A DNA stretch of 64,000 bases from Nitrosopumilus sp. (GCA_965214775.1 OZ243974.1:96001-160000), one strand, 5' to 3'. Positions 10,350-19,638 are shown, numbered from the stretch's first letter. Notes: generated from the letters alone by a model not told the origin. Translations and numbers: made by a program.

Positions 10350-10830
10350 GCGATACCCATCGCACCTGCGCTCAAGAGATGCCTTGATGACGACCAATCG
10401 CTTCAGCTGCGGCAGTCAAAACCGAAATCCAACTTGCTGCTGGCCGGAAGCATCCTGTCGTCTGCCGTCTTTGTCGGTTCTGCGCTGCTTTACTCCTCCA
10501 ACAAGGGTTGTCGCCTAATTCATCAGAATTCCTAAAAAACATTGAGATGCCACGCGGATCAGGCGTGCAAAAGGGCGGAAATTCAGAAAAATGTGCAGGT
10601 TGAGTCAAGTAGACGGAATTAGGCAACAACCCCCCTCCTCCTCCTCCTCCTCCTCCTCCCTCCAACGAGCAGGCGGGAATTGCAGGAATGACGGGTCTTT
10701 TACCGTTCCTGGTATTTTTTTCGGATCAAACCCTCCAACGAGCAGGCGGGAATTGCAGGAATGACGGGCTCAATCGCAGTCATGGCAGTCTCTGTAGCAC
10801 TGAGGGGAGGTAGTCATCATGCCCAGTGCA
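10350..10830 (+). pseudogene. Disrupted membrane-protein fragment (possibly the C-terminus of a UbiB/ABC1 kinase)
   Basis: ...KSNLLLAGSILSSAVFVGSALLYSSN / SNEQAGIAGMTGSIAVMAV... split by a MITE, a (CCT)n run and a 38-bp duplication; family assignment from memory. Confidence 0.4.
10504..10633. mobile_element. MITE sharing TIRs with the IS5-family element at 13566-16190
   Basis: GGGTTGTCGCCTAATTC ... GAATTAGGCAACAACCCC. Confidence 0.8.
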
Positions 10831-10968
10831 TGGCAACCGGGATCAAAACACTCCGATTGCACGTGGGTCAAAGCCGGCGGCATAACATGACGTGCATGCA
10901 ACATGGTTCACGTACGGCATGGGCGCACATGCGCCGGGCTGCAAAAAACCGCGCCGCGTCTCGCTATG

Positions 10969-11324
10969 TCAGAACCCGTGCCTGAGCTGCTTCGCGTCCT
11001 CGTCGCACAGCAGCCTAAAGTTGACAAGCCCGGCCACCACCTGAAGCTCCCGGTTGAACTCTTCGGTCGTTTTGTCGTGCGGGTTGGTTACCGCCTTGTA
11101 CTCCCATATCATGTCCATCGTACGCTTGACTGCGGCCTCATCGCCGCCGTCGCCGGATGCGGGCAACATTTGGAACTCGATCTCTAGATCCCGCCTTGCC
11201 TTCACCCTGCCTTGGTCCTGTCCGGGTCTTTTCCTGTGCCTCTCCCTCTTCACCCTGGACTGTACGCTCTTCCTTCTTATCCGCCGTATCAGCGCGACCC
11301 TAGACTCTGCCATACCGTTATCAC
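10969..11324 (-). pseudogene. Transposase C-terminal remnant (paralog of 16861-18096)
   Basis: EEFNRELQVVAGLVNFRLL..LRHGF versus EEFDREFQVTAGLANFRTL..LRLGF; 5' part cut off at a MITE A copy. Confidence 0.8.
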
Positions 11325-11407
11325 TATAGCAACGGGCAGAAGTCTTTGAGTCAAAGCAGGTCATAACTACACGTAAAAAACCTCAATTATTTCTGCTCGT
11401 TGCTATA
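11325..11407. mobile_element. MITE family A, copy 2
   Basis: Near-identical to 4327-4409. Confidence 0.9.
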
Positions 11408-11654
11408 GTATGGCAAGCACGTCGGCCTCGCCCATCGGAAAGAACCTCCATGCCAGGAGAGCCATGGCCCCGCCTGTCCCCATCGAGAACAGCACGAAAT
11501 AGTCCACCGCACTCCAGTCAAAAATATACAGTGCGGCGCCTGCGACCCCTCCCACTATCCAGATGTAATCGGGGATCTCCCGCGTCCGGACATCGTGATA
11601 CGAGGCGGCCCCCAGCATCGCAAGCAGTATGACAAAGCGCAGCAGCTCCAGCAT
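11403..11654 (-). pseudogene. Prepilin/preflagellin peptidase (A24) N-terminal fragment
   Basis: ASYHDVRTREIPD and MGEAD aspartate motifs; stop codon supplied by MITE A. Confidence 0.75.
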
Positions 11655-11841
11655 ACACGCAAACCACATGCGGCATAAAAGCGGCCTGTATCCGGACGGA
11701 TGATCCGGCCTGCGCGGCAGGCACCTACGCAATCCGCCCGGCGGCTTTTTGGCAAACTCCGGATTTCAGGCGGGGTTGTGCAGCAGCATGCGACAGCAGC
11801 CGGTTTTTTATGTCCCTTGTTTTGTTAGATGTTGTTTAACA

Positions 11842-12528
11842 ATGCCACATGTTTCGGTCTATGTTGATGAGTCAGGAGATGCTAGATTTGCTAACAAGGC
11901 CTCGCAATTTTTTACCATTGGTTATGCATTTACGGTGGATGGATCACCGGCAAAAGAGAACGAGACAGTAAAGCGTGCTTTGAAAAACATCAACGCTGGG
12001 AGCAAAGTGAAAATTTCCGAGTTTAAATTTTCAGCAAATACTGATAGGATCAGAAAGAAGTTCCTAAAGACCATCAACAGGCTGGATGTCGAGCTGGGGG
12101 TTTTATGCGCCAGCAAGGACTCGGTGAAGCCAGACATCAGGGAAGATCCCTATGGATTTTACATACATGCTACAGTAGACACAATAGCTACCCATTTGGT
12201 TGAGGATTGTATCCAAGCACATGAACATGACAATTCGATTAGATTTACCATAGACAAAAGTCTGGCAAAGAATGCGAGAGACTCATTCAACGAATACTGC
12301 AAGAATAAAATTCATGATAAAATGAGGCAAAAAAATTTGAAGGCAGATCTTATTCCGAATATTTACCATGAGGATTCAAGAAGCGTGCCCATGCTTCAGG
12401 TTGCAGATTACATTGCAAGCGCAACCCAGAGATTCGTCGTTCATGGCGATGCGACGTTTTACAACGCGTACAGTAGCAAATTGAAATATCGTGAAAAATG
12501 GGACTGCAACAATAGAATAAAATGGTGA
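11842..12528 (+). CDS. DUF3800 family protein (predicted RNase H-like nuclease fold)
   Basis: N-terminal VYVDESGD, SEFKFS and C-terminal LQVADYIA motifs. Confidence 0.85.
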   Translation: MPHVSVYVDESGDARFANKASQFFTIGYAFTVDGSPAKENETVKRALKNINAGSKVKISEFKFSANTDRIRKKFLKTINRLDVELGVLCASKDSVKPDIREDPYGFYIHATVDTIATHLVEDCIQAHEHDNSIRFTIDKSLAKNARDSFNEYCKNKIHDKMRQKNLKADLIPNIYHEDSRSVPMLQVADYIASATQRFVVHGDATFYNAYSSKLKYREKWDCNNRIKW

Positions 12529-12529
12529 C

Positions 12530-12604
12530 TCTTGACCTACTTCTCTCCTATCTGTCCGAACAGACGTCATTGTTTCGGTCAAGATCCTATTGATTGCTCA
12601 ATAG
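12530..12604 (+). ncRNA. Candidate DUF3800-associated structured RNA
   Basis: Outer stem TCTTGACC/GGTCAAGA, inner hairpin TCTGT-CCGA-ACAGA, alternative CCGAA/TTCGG pairing, then hairpin CTATTGA-TTGC-TCAATAG; begins right after the stop codon. Confidence 0.45.
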
Positions 12605-12659
12605 ACTTTACCCACCTGATTATTATTGTCACATATCATATTAAAAGTATAGTATGAGG

Positions 12660-12767
12660 GGGCGTTGTCCAGAATCATGATTTTAGGGTGTGATTTCCGG
12701 GGAGATTTGTGCAAAATTATGGCGCCATGACTACAAACACAGAGACGAATCTGCACTCCGGCCCGCA
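12660..12767. mobile_element. Terminal fragment of the IS5-family element seen complete at 14310-15652 (shorter copy at about 10200-10263)
   Basis: About 108 bp highly similar to 14310-14417, starting GGCGTTGTCC. Confidence 0.8.
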
Positions 12768-13109
12768 TGGAGTAGGCCCCATAAAATAGGAACGCTTTTG
12801 GCGATCTTTTACGCACACTTTGATCGCTCATTTTTGCGGTACCTCCGTCGTTTTCCGGGTTTTTCGGACAAACTCGTCCGGCGTCAGGTATCCCAGCGCC
12901 GAGTGGATCCTGTCCTGATTGTAGTCTGCAAACGCCTCTGCTAGGACGGCCTCTGCATCCTGGAACCTGGCAAAGTCGTGCGGCCAGACGTACTCCTTTT
13001 TGAGGGTTCTGTGGAAGGACTCGACATGTCCGTTCTGCTCGGGCGTGTTGTGCCAGATGTACTCACACCTTGCCCCGAGCGCCTTCATGCTCTCCTTGAA
13101 ATGGTGGTT

Positions 13110-13200
13110 GTAAGAGTTTACCCCTCCCCTGAGATACGACATGGCAGGCGTGATCATGAAGACCCCCACCAACAGTGCCATCTGAGGGGTAAACTCCTAC
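13110..13200. mobile_element. MITE family F, copy 1
   Basis: TIR GTA(A/G)GAGTTTACCCCTC; 8-bp TSD TGGTGG(T/C)T; removal restores the IS3 frame. Confidence 0.88.
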
Positions 13201-13378
13201 TGGTGGCTCGTATACTGGACGCCGTTGTCACTTCTGATCAACAGCCTGCTTGCCTCATCTGTAGAAATCGTGGAGACTGCCTTTGTCAGAGATTCGACTG
13301 CTACCTGTGCGGTGGCCTGCGTGTCAAAGACGTATGTTATCCACTTCCTGGTGAACGTATCAATTACGTTAAAGCAGT

Positions 13379-13458
13379 AGACTTTATGCGTAATCGATTT
13401 AGATACAGGATTATTACGAACAAATTCGCCTCATTCAGGTTGATTACGCATAAGGTCT
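13379..13458. mobile_element. MITE family E (non-autonomous partner of IS 16666-18254)
   Basis: TIR AGAC(T/C)TTATGCGTAATC; 3-bp TSD AGT. Confidence 0.9.
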
Positions 13459-13901
13459 AGTAGCACCACCCGTCAACACCGCACCAGACGTACGTGATGT
13501 CAGTCTCCCACAACTGGTTTGGTCCTGTGGGCTTGAATCTGTCCCTTTTACCGGCTCGTATTATGGGGGTTGTCGCATAATTAGATAATTTGGCCTAATT
13601 TTCTCAATCCCCGCACATATTGATCAGTCGGATGTGGGTTTTCTAATGAAGAAACACAAAAGACACGAGGAGTACTTCAAGTACTACCATGCTGCCCACA
13701 CCCAAGAAGATGGGTTTCTCCTATCCAATATAGTTTCTTTGATCAAGGAGAACCCATGCCCTGTCCAGCAGACCAATTCGGGGCCAGGACGGCCCACGAT
13801 CCACAGCAGGGACAAACTTGCCTGCCTGTGCATCTTGATGGTATGCTGGAACAAGCCGTACCGCGACATGCAGAACCTTGCGGGGAGCCTGAAGCTGCCC
13901 T

Positions 13902-14040
13902 GAGAGTTGATTCGAAATTAGCAGACTCTGATTATTTGTGAACGAATTTGCATAAAACAATTCAAAATATCAACAAAATACAAATTATCTGTGAAATTAC
14001 ATGAAAAATTCACACGGCTTCTAATTTCGGATCACCTCTC
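13902..14040. mobile_element. MITE family D (other copies 36743-36979, 42925-43082, 48951-49107)
   Basis: Imperfect TIR GAGAGTTGATTCGAAATTAG / CTAATTTCGGATCACCTCTC; removal restores LKLP-WDEPIPDHSTL. Confidence 0.85.
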
Positions 14041-14500
14041 TGGGACGAGCCCATACCGGATCACAGCACCCTTGGCAGGTTCATGCAAAAGATTCCCCAC
14101 AAGTGGCTGGAGGAGATTGTGGCAGAGACCGCGCGAAGGTGCCTTGCCGGATATGACCCCTCGACGCTCATGCTTGCAGCCGACAGCACCGGCGTCGTTA
14201 CAGACAGAAACGACAAGACGAAAAAGAGGAGGGACATAGTGGTCAAGACCGGCAGAAAGGCCGAAATTACGCACGAATCGGGCGCAAAAAAGGCCGAAAG
14301 GATCAGAAAGGCGTTGTCCGGAATCGTGATTTTAGGACGTGATTTCCGGGGAGATTTGTACAAAATCATGGCGCAATGACTGCAAACATAGAGACGAATC
14401 CGCACTCCGGCCCGCATTGTGCAGTTATGGCCCGTGTTTTGACGTCATACTGCATAGCATCCGCTAGCCGGACGATTCCACCGTACCGGCATTATGGATC

Positions 14501-15580
14501 CTAGCTGACCAGATTGTAGCAGAATACCTTGAGGGTAAGCCTGAGCGACTGCATCGGAAGCGACATGGCGCGCACCGTGGAGTCAAACCTTGCCTTTATC
14601 GACGAGAAGGCCGACTCAACGAGGCTGCGCTGGTGGTACGTCTTCTCGAATCCCTCGGGGTCCTTTTTGTGCCATCTTAGCATCTTGGAGCGGGCGTTGA
14701 ACCCGTGAACCGTATATCCTGTACGCGGACATATCACTGGGGTTCTGCCTCCGTCGGCTATGACCCTGCAGTTCTCATACGAGTCGTATGCGGCATCTAG
14801 GATCACGTGTCCTGTGCCGTTGGGAACCTGCGGCAGCAGCTCGTCACGGAACACCGGGGAATCATGGAATTCGCCCGGCGTCACCTCGCAGGCGGCAATC
14901 TTGCCGTGCGGGGCCAACAGTATGTGCAGCTTGGCAAACATCTGCCTGGATATGACGCCCTTCTTTGCGTCCTCCCATGTGTGGTATCTCATTATGGAGA
15001 AACCGCTAGAGTCGCCAAGCAGCGTTCCCTTGGCGTCTGCGCCTGCCTGTTCTGAGAGTACCGATCTTAGCACCGACTTGTCCCAGGCAGCTATCCTTAC
15101 GGCTGCATCATGCAGTGTCGACTTGGCCGGAACCTTTTTGAGCCCGTACATGTTAGTTGAACCAGGATTCGACTCCATGTATTCGACGTGCCTGCGATAC
15201 GAGTTTCCGCGGTACTCCATGTCGAGTACGCACAGAAGATAGGGAATTTCATCCTCTTGCTCTGTGTTATGGAGGAGGGACAGGAGGATCTTGCGGATCT
15301 TTTTGATTCCGATGCCGCACCTCTTGCTGTCCTCTCTCCTTTTTTTCTCGTACTCGGCATAGTATTCCGGAGGTCTCGTGTACTCTGACTTTTTTTTCTT
15401 GCTGGTCTTGCTGGATTCCTTCTTGGATTCCTTCTTGGATTCCTTCTTGGATTCCTTCTTGGATTCCTTCTTGGATTCCTTCTTGGATTCCTTCTTGGAT
15501 TCCTTCTTGGATTCCTTCTTGGATTCCTTCTTGTTGGTCTTTGATTTCATTGATACGGGGACGTCGATCCTATGATCCAT
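14501..15580 (-). CDS. DDE transposase (DDE_Tnp_1-like) with an N-terminal (KKES)10 repeat
   Basis: GDSSGF, LDAAYDS and YHQRSLVESAFSSIK motifs. Confidence 0.9.
   Translation of the reverse strand: MDHRIDVPVSMKSKTNKKESKKESKKESKKESKKESKKESKKESKKESKKESKKESSKTSKKKKSEYTRPPEYYAEYEKKRREDSKRCGIGIKKIRKILLSLLHNTEQEDEIPYLLCVLDMEYRGNSYRRHVEYMESNPGSTNMYGLKKVPAKSTLHDAAVRIAAWDKSVLRSVLSEQAGADAKGTLLGDSSGFSIMRYHTWEDAKKGVISRQMFAKLHILLAPHGKIAACEVTPGEFHDSPVFRDELLPQVPNGTGHVILDAAYDSYENCRVIADGGRTPVICPRTGYTVHGFNARSKMLRWHKKDPEGFEKTYHQRSLVESAFSSIKARFDSTVRAMSLPMQSLRLTLKVFCYNLVS
15413..15532. repeat. Perfect 12-bp tandem repeat x10 (GGATTCCTTCTT)
   Basis: Read directly; encodes KKES on the minus strand. Confidence 0.95.
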
Positions 15581-16351
15581 AAGGTTGTCGCATCCTGCGC
15601 TTATGATCTATAAGCTTATCGGTAGATTTCTGGAAAAATTCCGGACAACGCCGATCAGAAAGGCCAAGCCCTACAAGAAATACCTCAAATGGCACGTGGC
15701 CGCCGTCCTAGGCCTGCAGGTCATCGTGGCCTGCCGCATCACGTCAGACAAGATGGCAGACACCACCATCCTAGAAGATCTCCTCAAGAGGATCAAAAGG
15801 ATCGGCATCGGGTTCTCTGGCAGCATCTTTAATGCAGACAAGGGATATGACTCAGAGAAGAACATAAGGCTCGTCATGGAGGCCGGGATGATGCCCAACA
15901 TCAAGCAGAGGTCAAACGCGGTCAACGCCAAGACAAAGTACAGGAAAAAGGCAGCCGAGATGTTTGACGCCGAGGTCTACAAGAAGCGCGCGCTGATCGA
16001 GGGCATCTTTGGCGCAGAGGAGACAGAAGGCCACAAGCTGATGTGCAGGTTCAGAAAGGCGGCCACCCGCAGAAGGTTCGGTCTGTGCAAGGCCATAGGA
16101 TGGAACCTTGAGGTGCTAAACAGGATGGAGTGTGCTACAAGGATTGGCGTGCCGGTGGAGGCAGCCTGAGGTGAATTAGGCGACAACCCCGGTTGTAGGT
16201 GTGCAAACCATGATCTGTTGTGTTGTATTTTTAGATCAGATTTTCCAATTACGCATAAAGTCTAGTATTTAGTAGGTTCATCTTTCCAAGCCTCAAGGAA
16301 TTCCGCAGATCAAACAAATCTGAATTGGCTTGCCATTCAAATCACTCCAAA

Positions 16352-16642
16352 TTATTCTTCAAAATTCAGTGCGAATTTATCTTTTGGCAATACAGGGGGC
16401 TTCTCACCAGATTGTTTTAACTTCTTTATCTTGTCGTGTACCTGTTGATAATTCAACCCAACTGTTTTTTCTATTCTTTCTTGATAATCCTTAAACATAT
16501 TGAGTATGGAATCTATATGTTTTTTTACTGATTCCTCTCTGTCAGTTTGTGGAGGCGTAAGGGTTTTTTGTAAATATTTCAGATTTTTGCTAATCTCATG
16601 CATGTGCAGTACAAATGATTCTTTTTGTGTTAAATCGTTCAT
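16352..16642 (-). CDS. Hypothetical protein (low GC)
   Basis: 96-aa ORF between IS elements. Confidence 0.55.
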   Translation of the reverse strand: MNDLTQKESFVLHMHEISKNLKYLQKTLTPPQTDREESVKKHIDSILNMFKDYQERIEKTVGLNYQQVHDKIKKLKQSGEKPPVLPKDKFALNFEE

Positions 16643-16665
16643 AATAAATCATTCATCATAACAAT

Positions 16666-18254
16666 AGACCTTATGCGTAATCGACTGGATCGAAATATTA
16701 CGTTTGCAAGCTGACCATGCATGCAGAACCGGCAGCGTCATACGGCATGTGCAAAGGCGGCAGAGGACACCGCACCGCATGTCATGAGCCCGTCTAGCTG
16801 ACAAAAACTGTAGTATCGTGCGGCATCGTGTGGCGCCGCAATGCGCTCCGCGTCGTAATATCAGAACCCAAGCCTGAGCTTCTTGTCCCGCTTGTCCCAC
16901 AGCGTCCTAAAGTTGGCAAGCCCGGCTGTCACCTGGAACTCCCGGTCAAACTCCTCGGCCGTCCCGTCGTACGGGTCGCGCATCCGCTTGTACTGTTTTA
17001 CCAGCCATATGGCATGCTCGACTGTCACCCTCTCGCTACTTGTCCTCCTGTTCTGTGCGCGCTGTTTCTTTGTAAGCTTGTCCCCCTTTGGTTTCTTGTG
17101 GGGCTGCATGGATATGACCCCTGGGTACATTTTTTTGATTCCAAGGTACCCAAGATCCGATAACAGTTTTACCTTCTCGTCATCGGGATGCTTCCTGTTG
17201 CTGCGCATCCTGGCAGTCAGGATTCCCAGCTCCGGGGGGTTGTCCCTTATCATGGTGAGGTCGTGCGCGCTTCCCGGAGCCGACTTGCTTGCGTATATTA
17301 TCAGCCTGTCCTTGTTGGTCATTACCTGGACGTTGCGCGTAAAGCTCTTCTTCTTGCCAGAGTACGCCTCCTTTCTTGGCTCCCTGTCTGTGGGGCGCTG
17401 TATGTCTATGTGCGTGCCGTCGACGGCTACGGTCAGGTCGGGGACGATCTTCATCAGATCCTCTATGGTGCATGTGTTTCGTATCTTCTGTGATATTTTA
17501 TACGGCGTGGGCAGTATCTCAAGGAATATGATGTCAGAAAACTTGATGTACCTGCATACGGTGCTCTGGTCTATGCCAAAGAATGCCGCCAGCTGCTCCT
17601 GGATGAGGTTTCCGCGCTTGCGCATCAGGGCCAGCAGGAAGGCGTGTCTGTAGGACAGCTTGCACCGGTTTCCGGGCCCGTCGTCCTCGTCCTCAGAAAA
17701 CAGGGGGCATTCTGTATGCTTTTTGGCCTTCTCCATATACAGGTTTAATATATATTCAAACTGACGCAGGTTCAGGGACGTGGTGGCCTGCAGGGATCGG
17801 CCGCCGATTATGTCCTCGAGCACCTCGAGCCTGTGCATGAACGCGACGTTCTCTGCGGTACGCCTTTTGTCATTCCATGTTACAGGCCAGAACCCGCGCT
17901 CAAAGTCCAGCCTCTGGTTTAACTGCCCTATCTTGTCCTGGGCCTGCTCGTACATTTGCCTGTACTGTGCATTCTCCCTCCCTTGCTGCCTGGCCTCCCT
18001 CTTGTACTGCATCTTCTCCTGCTCGTACATTTGCCTGTACTGCTCATTCTCTTTGCTCAGTTGCCGTATAAGCACGGTCTCGGATTTTGCCATCACTCCT
18101 GTTCGAGGATGGATCCCGGATCTAAATCAACCGACTGAAAATAGTCGCAGTTTTGATCAAATATTTTGGACAATGCGAGGCGCTGCCTGCCAGCCTGATG
18201 CATGATCAGCTTGCAAACAGGATATTTCGATCCGGGCGATTACGCATAAAGTCT
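16666..18254 (-). mobile_element. Complete IS5-superfamily (ISL2/IS1381-like) element
   Basis: About 57-bp imperfect TIRs beginning AGAC(C/T)TTATGCGTAATCG; 3-bp TSD AAT. Confidence 0.92.
16861..18096 (-). CDS. Transposase (HTH_Tnp_4 + DDE_Tnp_4)
   Basis: LAAFFGIDQSTVCR HTH, VDGTHIDIQRP, YSGKKK, GSAHD, SDLGYLG and RVTVEHAI motifs. Confidence 0.93.
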   Translation of the reverse strand: MMAKSETVLIRQLSKENEQYRQMYEQEKMQYKREARQQGRENAQYRQMYEQAQDKIGQLNQRLDFERGFWPVTWNDKRRTAENVAFMHRLEVLEDIIGGRSLQATTSLNLRQFEYILNLYMEKAKKHTECPLFSEDEDDGPGNRCKLSYRHAFLLALMRKRGNLIQEQLAAFFGIDQSTVCRYIKFSDIIFLEILPTPYKISQKIRNTCTIEDLMKIVPDLTVAVDGTHIDIQRPTDREPRKEAYSGKKKSFTRNVQVMTNKDRLIIYASKSAPGSAHDLTMIRDNPPELGILTARMRSNRKHPDDEKVKLLSDLGYLGIKKMYPGVISMQPHKKPKGDKLTKKQRAQNRRTSSERVTVEHAIWLVKQYKRMRDPYDGTAEEFDREFQVTAGLANFRTLWDKRDKKLRLGF

Positions 18255-18367
18255 AATATATAAATAAAAAAAGATGGGAATTATGCCCGATCAAGTCCTC
18301 TCCAATCTCTATTGCCTGACGTATCAGACCCTGTTAATGGTTCGTATGTGGTTTGAACTGACCAGCT

Positions 18368-18449
18368 TATAGCAACGAGCAGAAATAATTGAGGTTTTTT
18401 ACGTGTAGTTATGCCTACTTTGACTCAAAGACTTCTGCCCGTTGCTATA
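18368..18449. mobile_element. MITE family A, copy 3 (inverted)
   Basis: Reverse complement of the family A consensus. Confidence 0.9.
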
Positions 18450-18740
18450 GAAAATCTCCGTCATCAACTCCGCAATTGCAAGTCTGGATAATGTTTCCAG
18501 CTTCTTGATTATCGGTCTTCATTGTATATGATAATCCTTTTGTAATGTTTCTAGTGATGAAGTCGATTTCTTCAAAATAGACATTGTTGCAAAATGGCAA
18601 AAACCAGCCCACACTTTTAGTATCAGGTACAGCCCAATCCCAACTTATGGTGTCTGTACCGGTGTTGATTGTTCCAGTAATTGTTTTTGATGTAGAGGGA
18701 ATTGTGTTGTTATCACATGCGTTGTGATAATCATTTACTG

Positions 18741-18825
18741 GTATTTGTGAACCTGTTGTATTTGTGAACCTGTTGTATTTGTGAACCTGTTGTATTTGTG
18801 AACCTGTTGTATTTGTGAACCTGTT
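18741..18825. repeat. Perfect 17-bp tandem repeat x5 (GTATTTGTGAACCTGTT)
   Basis: Read directly. Confidence 0.93.
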
Positions 18826-18990
18826 GTAACTGCAGAATGGTTCTGACAAATGGATGAAGAATGGTGCTGAGGGAGATCCTCGTATAGATAAATGTCCGAC
18901 CTTCATTTTGGGATTGTCAGGAAGAGACCCCCAGCCAATGCTATGCCTCACAACACCGTTGCGCGTGGAGTTCTTATAAACACGACACAT

Positions 18991-19113
18991 CAGTACTTCC
19001 TAGGTGTACTTTTACAGGCACGGTAATTACGTAATTTGGAGAAGACCTTATGCGTAAACGAAATTAGCGGCTATGCAGTGCCGGGTCTGCAAAAATACAC
19101 CTAGGAAGTACTG
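18991..19113. mobile_element. MITE family G (IS701/ISH3-like ends)
   Basis: 18-bp perfect TIR CAGTACTTCCTAGGTGTA; 4-bp TSD ACAT. Confidence 0.85.
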
Positions 19114-19120
19114 ACATAGA

Positions 19121-19229
19121 TAACAGCTCGGGCTCTGGGAGTGGCTTACGATTTTAGGCACAAATTACATCCACGAATGCATCTCTGCTGGCAAAATTTA
19201 CGCCTGAGATTCCAGAGCCCGAGCTGTTA
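19121..19229. mobile_element. MITE family H (diverged copies at about 22104-22212 and 61796-61903)
   Basis: 18-bp perfect TIR TAACAGCTCGGGCTCTGG; shared interior among copies. Confidence 0.82.
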
Positions 19230-19311
19230 CGTAGTTAATCATACGTAGTTAATCATAGCTGCCTTTTCAAACCCTGTCTCTGTTTTTAAGAAAACAGTCC
19301 TTTGCAGAGGG

Positions 19312-19638
19312 ATGGAAGGCAAGACGGCCATGCTCAGGGAATTGCTCAGAGAGGAGCTGGACAGGCTCAAGAAGGAAAGCGGCACAAACGCAGACCTTGA
19401 GGTCCGGAGCGGGTTCCACCGGAGCATCGAGGAGGAGATATGGAACCACGAGAGCCTGTCTGCATACATCGGCTACTATAACGAGGACAGGCTGTACTGG
19501 TCGCTTGACATCGACAACTACGAGACGCCGTTGCGGGCATTCTGTGACAGGAAGGCCACATATGCGATCAGGAAAAGCAACCCAAAATGGATGGAGGAGA
19601 ACATTGGTGATGGTGCGACATAATTTTCATATAATACA
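19312..19638 (+). pseudogene. IS481-family transposase remnant (internally deleted)
   Basis: FHRSIEEEIW...YIGYYNEDRLYWSLDIDNYETP integrase-core tail; possible terminus ...ATAATACA. Confidence 0.7.

Larger units (their letters stand above)
12768..13565 (-). pseudogene. IS3-family transposase (integrase core) remnant interrupted by two MITEs
   Basis: After MITE removal: LWETDITYVWCGVDGWCYCFNVID...RSDNGVQYTS...TPEQNGHVESFH...YNQDRIHSALGYLTP; IS3-like end TGGAGTAGGCCCCATAAAATAGG at 12768. Confidence 0.85.
14310..15652 (-). mobile_element. Complete IS5/IS4-like element
   Basis: 15-bp perfect TIR GGCGTTGTCCGGAAT; 9-bp TSD GATCAGAAA (14301-14309 and 15653-15661). Confidence 0.93.
13566..16190 (+). 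mobile_element. IS5-family element disrupted by a MITE and a second IS
   Basis: 17-bp TIR GGGGTTGTCGC(A/C)TAATT; joining 13646-13900, 14041-14309 and 15662-16169 gives one frame with PDHSTL, ADSTG, NADKGYDS and YKKRALIE. Confidence 0.88.
18281..18990 (-). pseudogene. Disrupted hypothetical gene (possibly secreted)
   Basis: Removing MITE A joins ...DGDFL to SWSVQTTYEPLTG...LDRA* in frame; 5' end cut by MITE G; contains a 17-bp x5 repeat. Confidence 0.6.

Noticed and set aside
10658-10768. Two identical 38-bp repeats separated by 35 bp (CRISPR-like geometry)
   Set aside because: Only two units, no cas genes or leader. The repeat is coding sequence (SNEQAGIAGMTG) of the disrupted gene beside a MITE, so a local duplication explains it.
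15585-16169. 194-aa ORF as an independent gene
   Set aside because: It is the 3' part of the interrupted IS5 transposase fused to sequence from the inserted IS end.
18741-18825. 17-bp repeat array considered as CRISPR or iterons
   Set aside because: Head-to-tail units without spacers, and no replication gene nearby.
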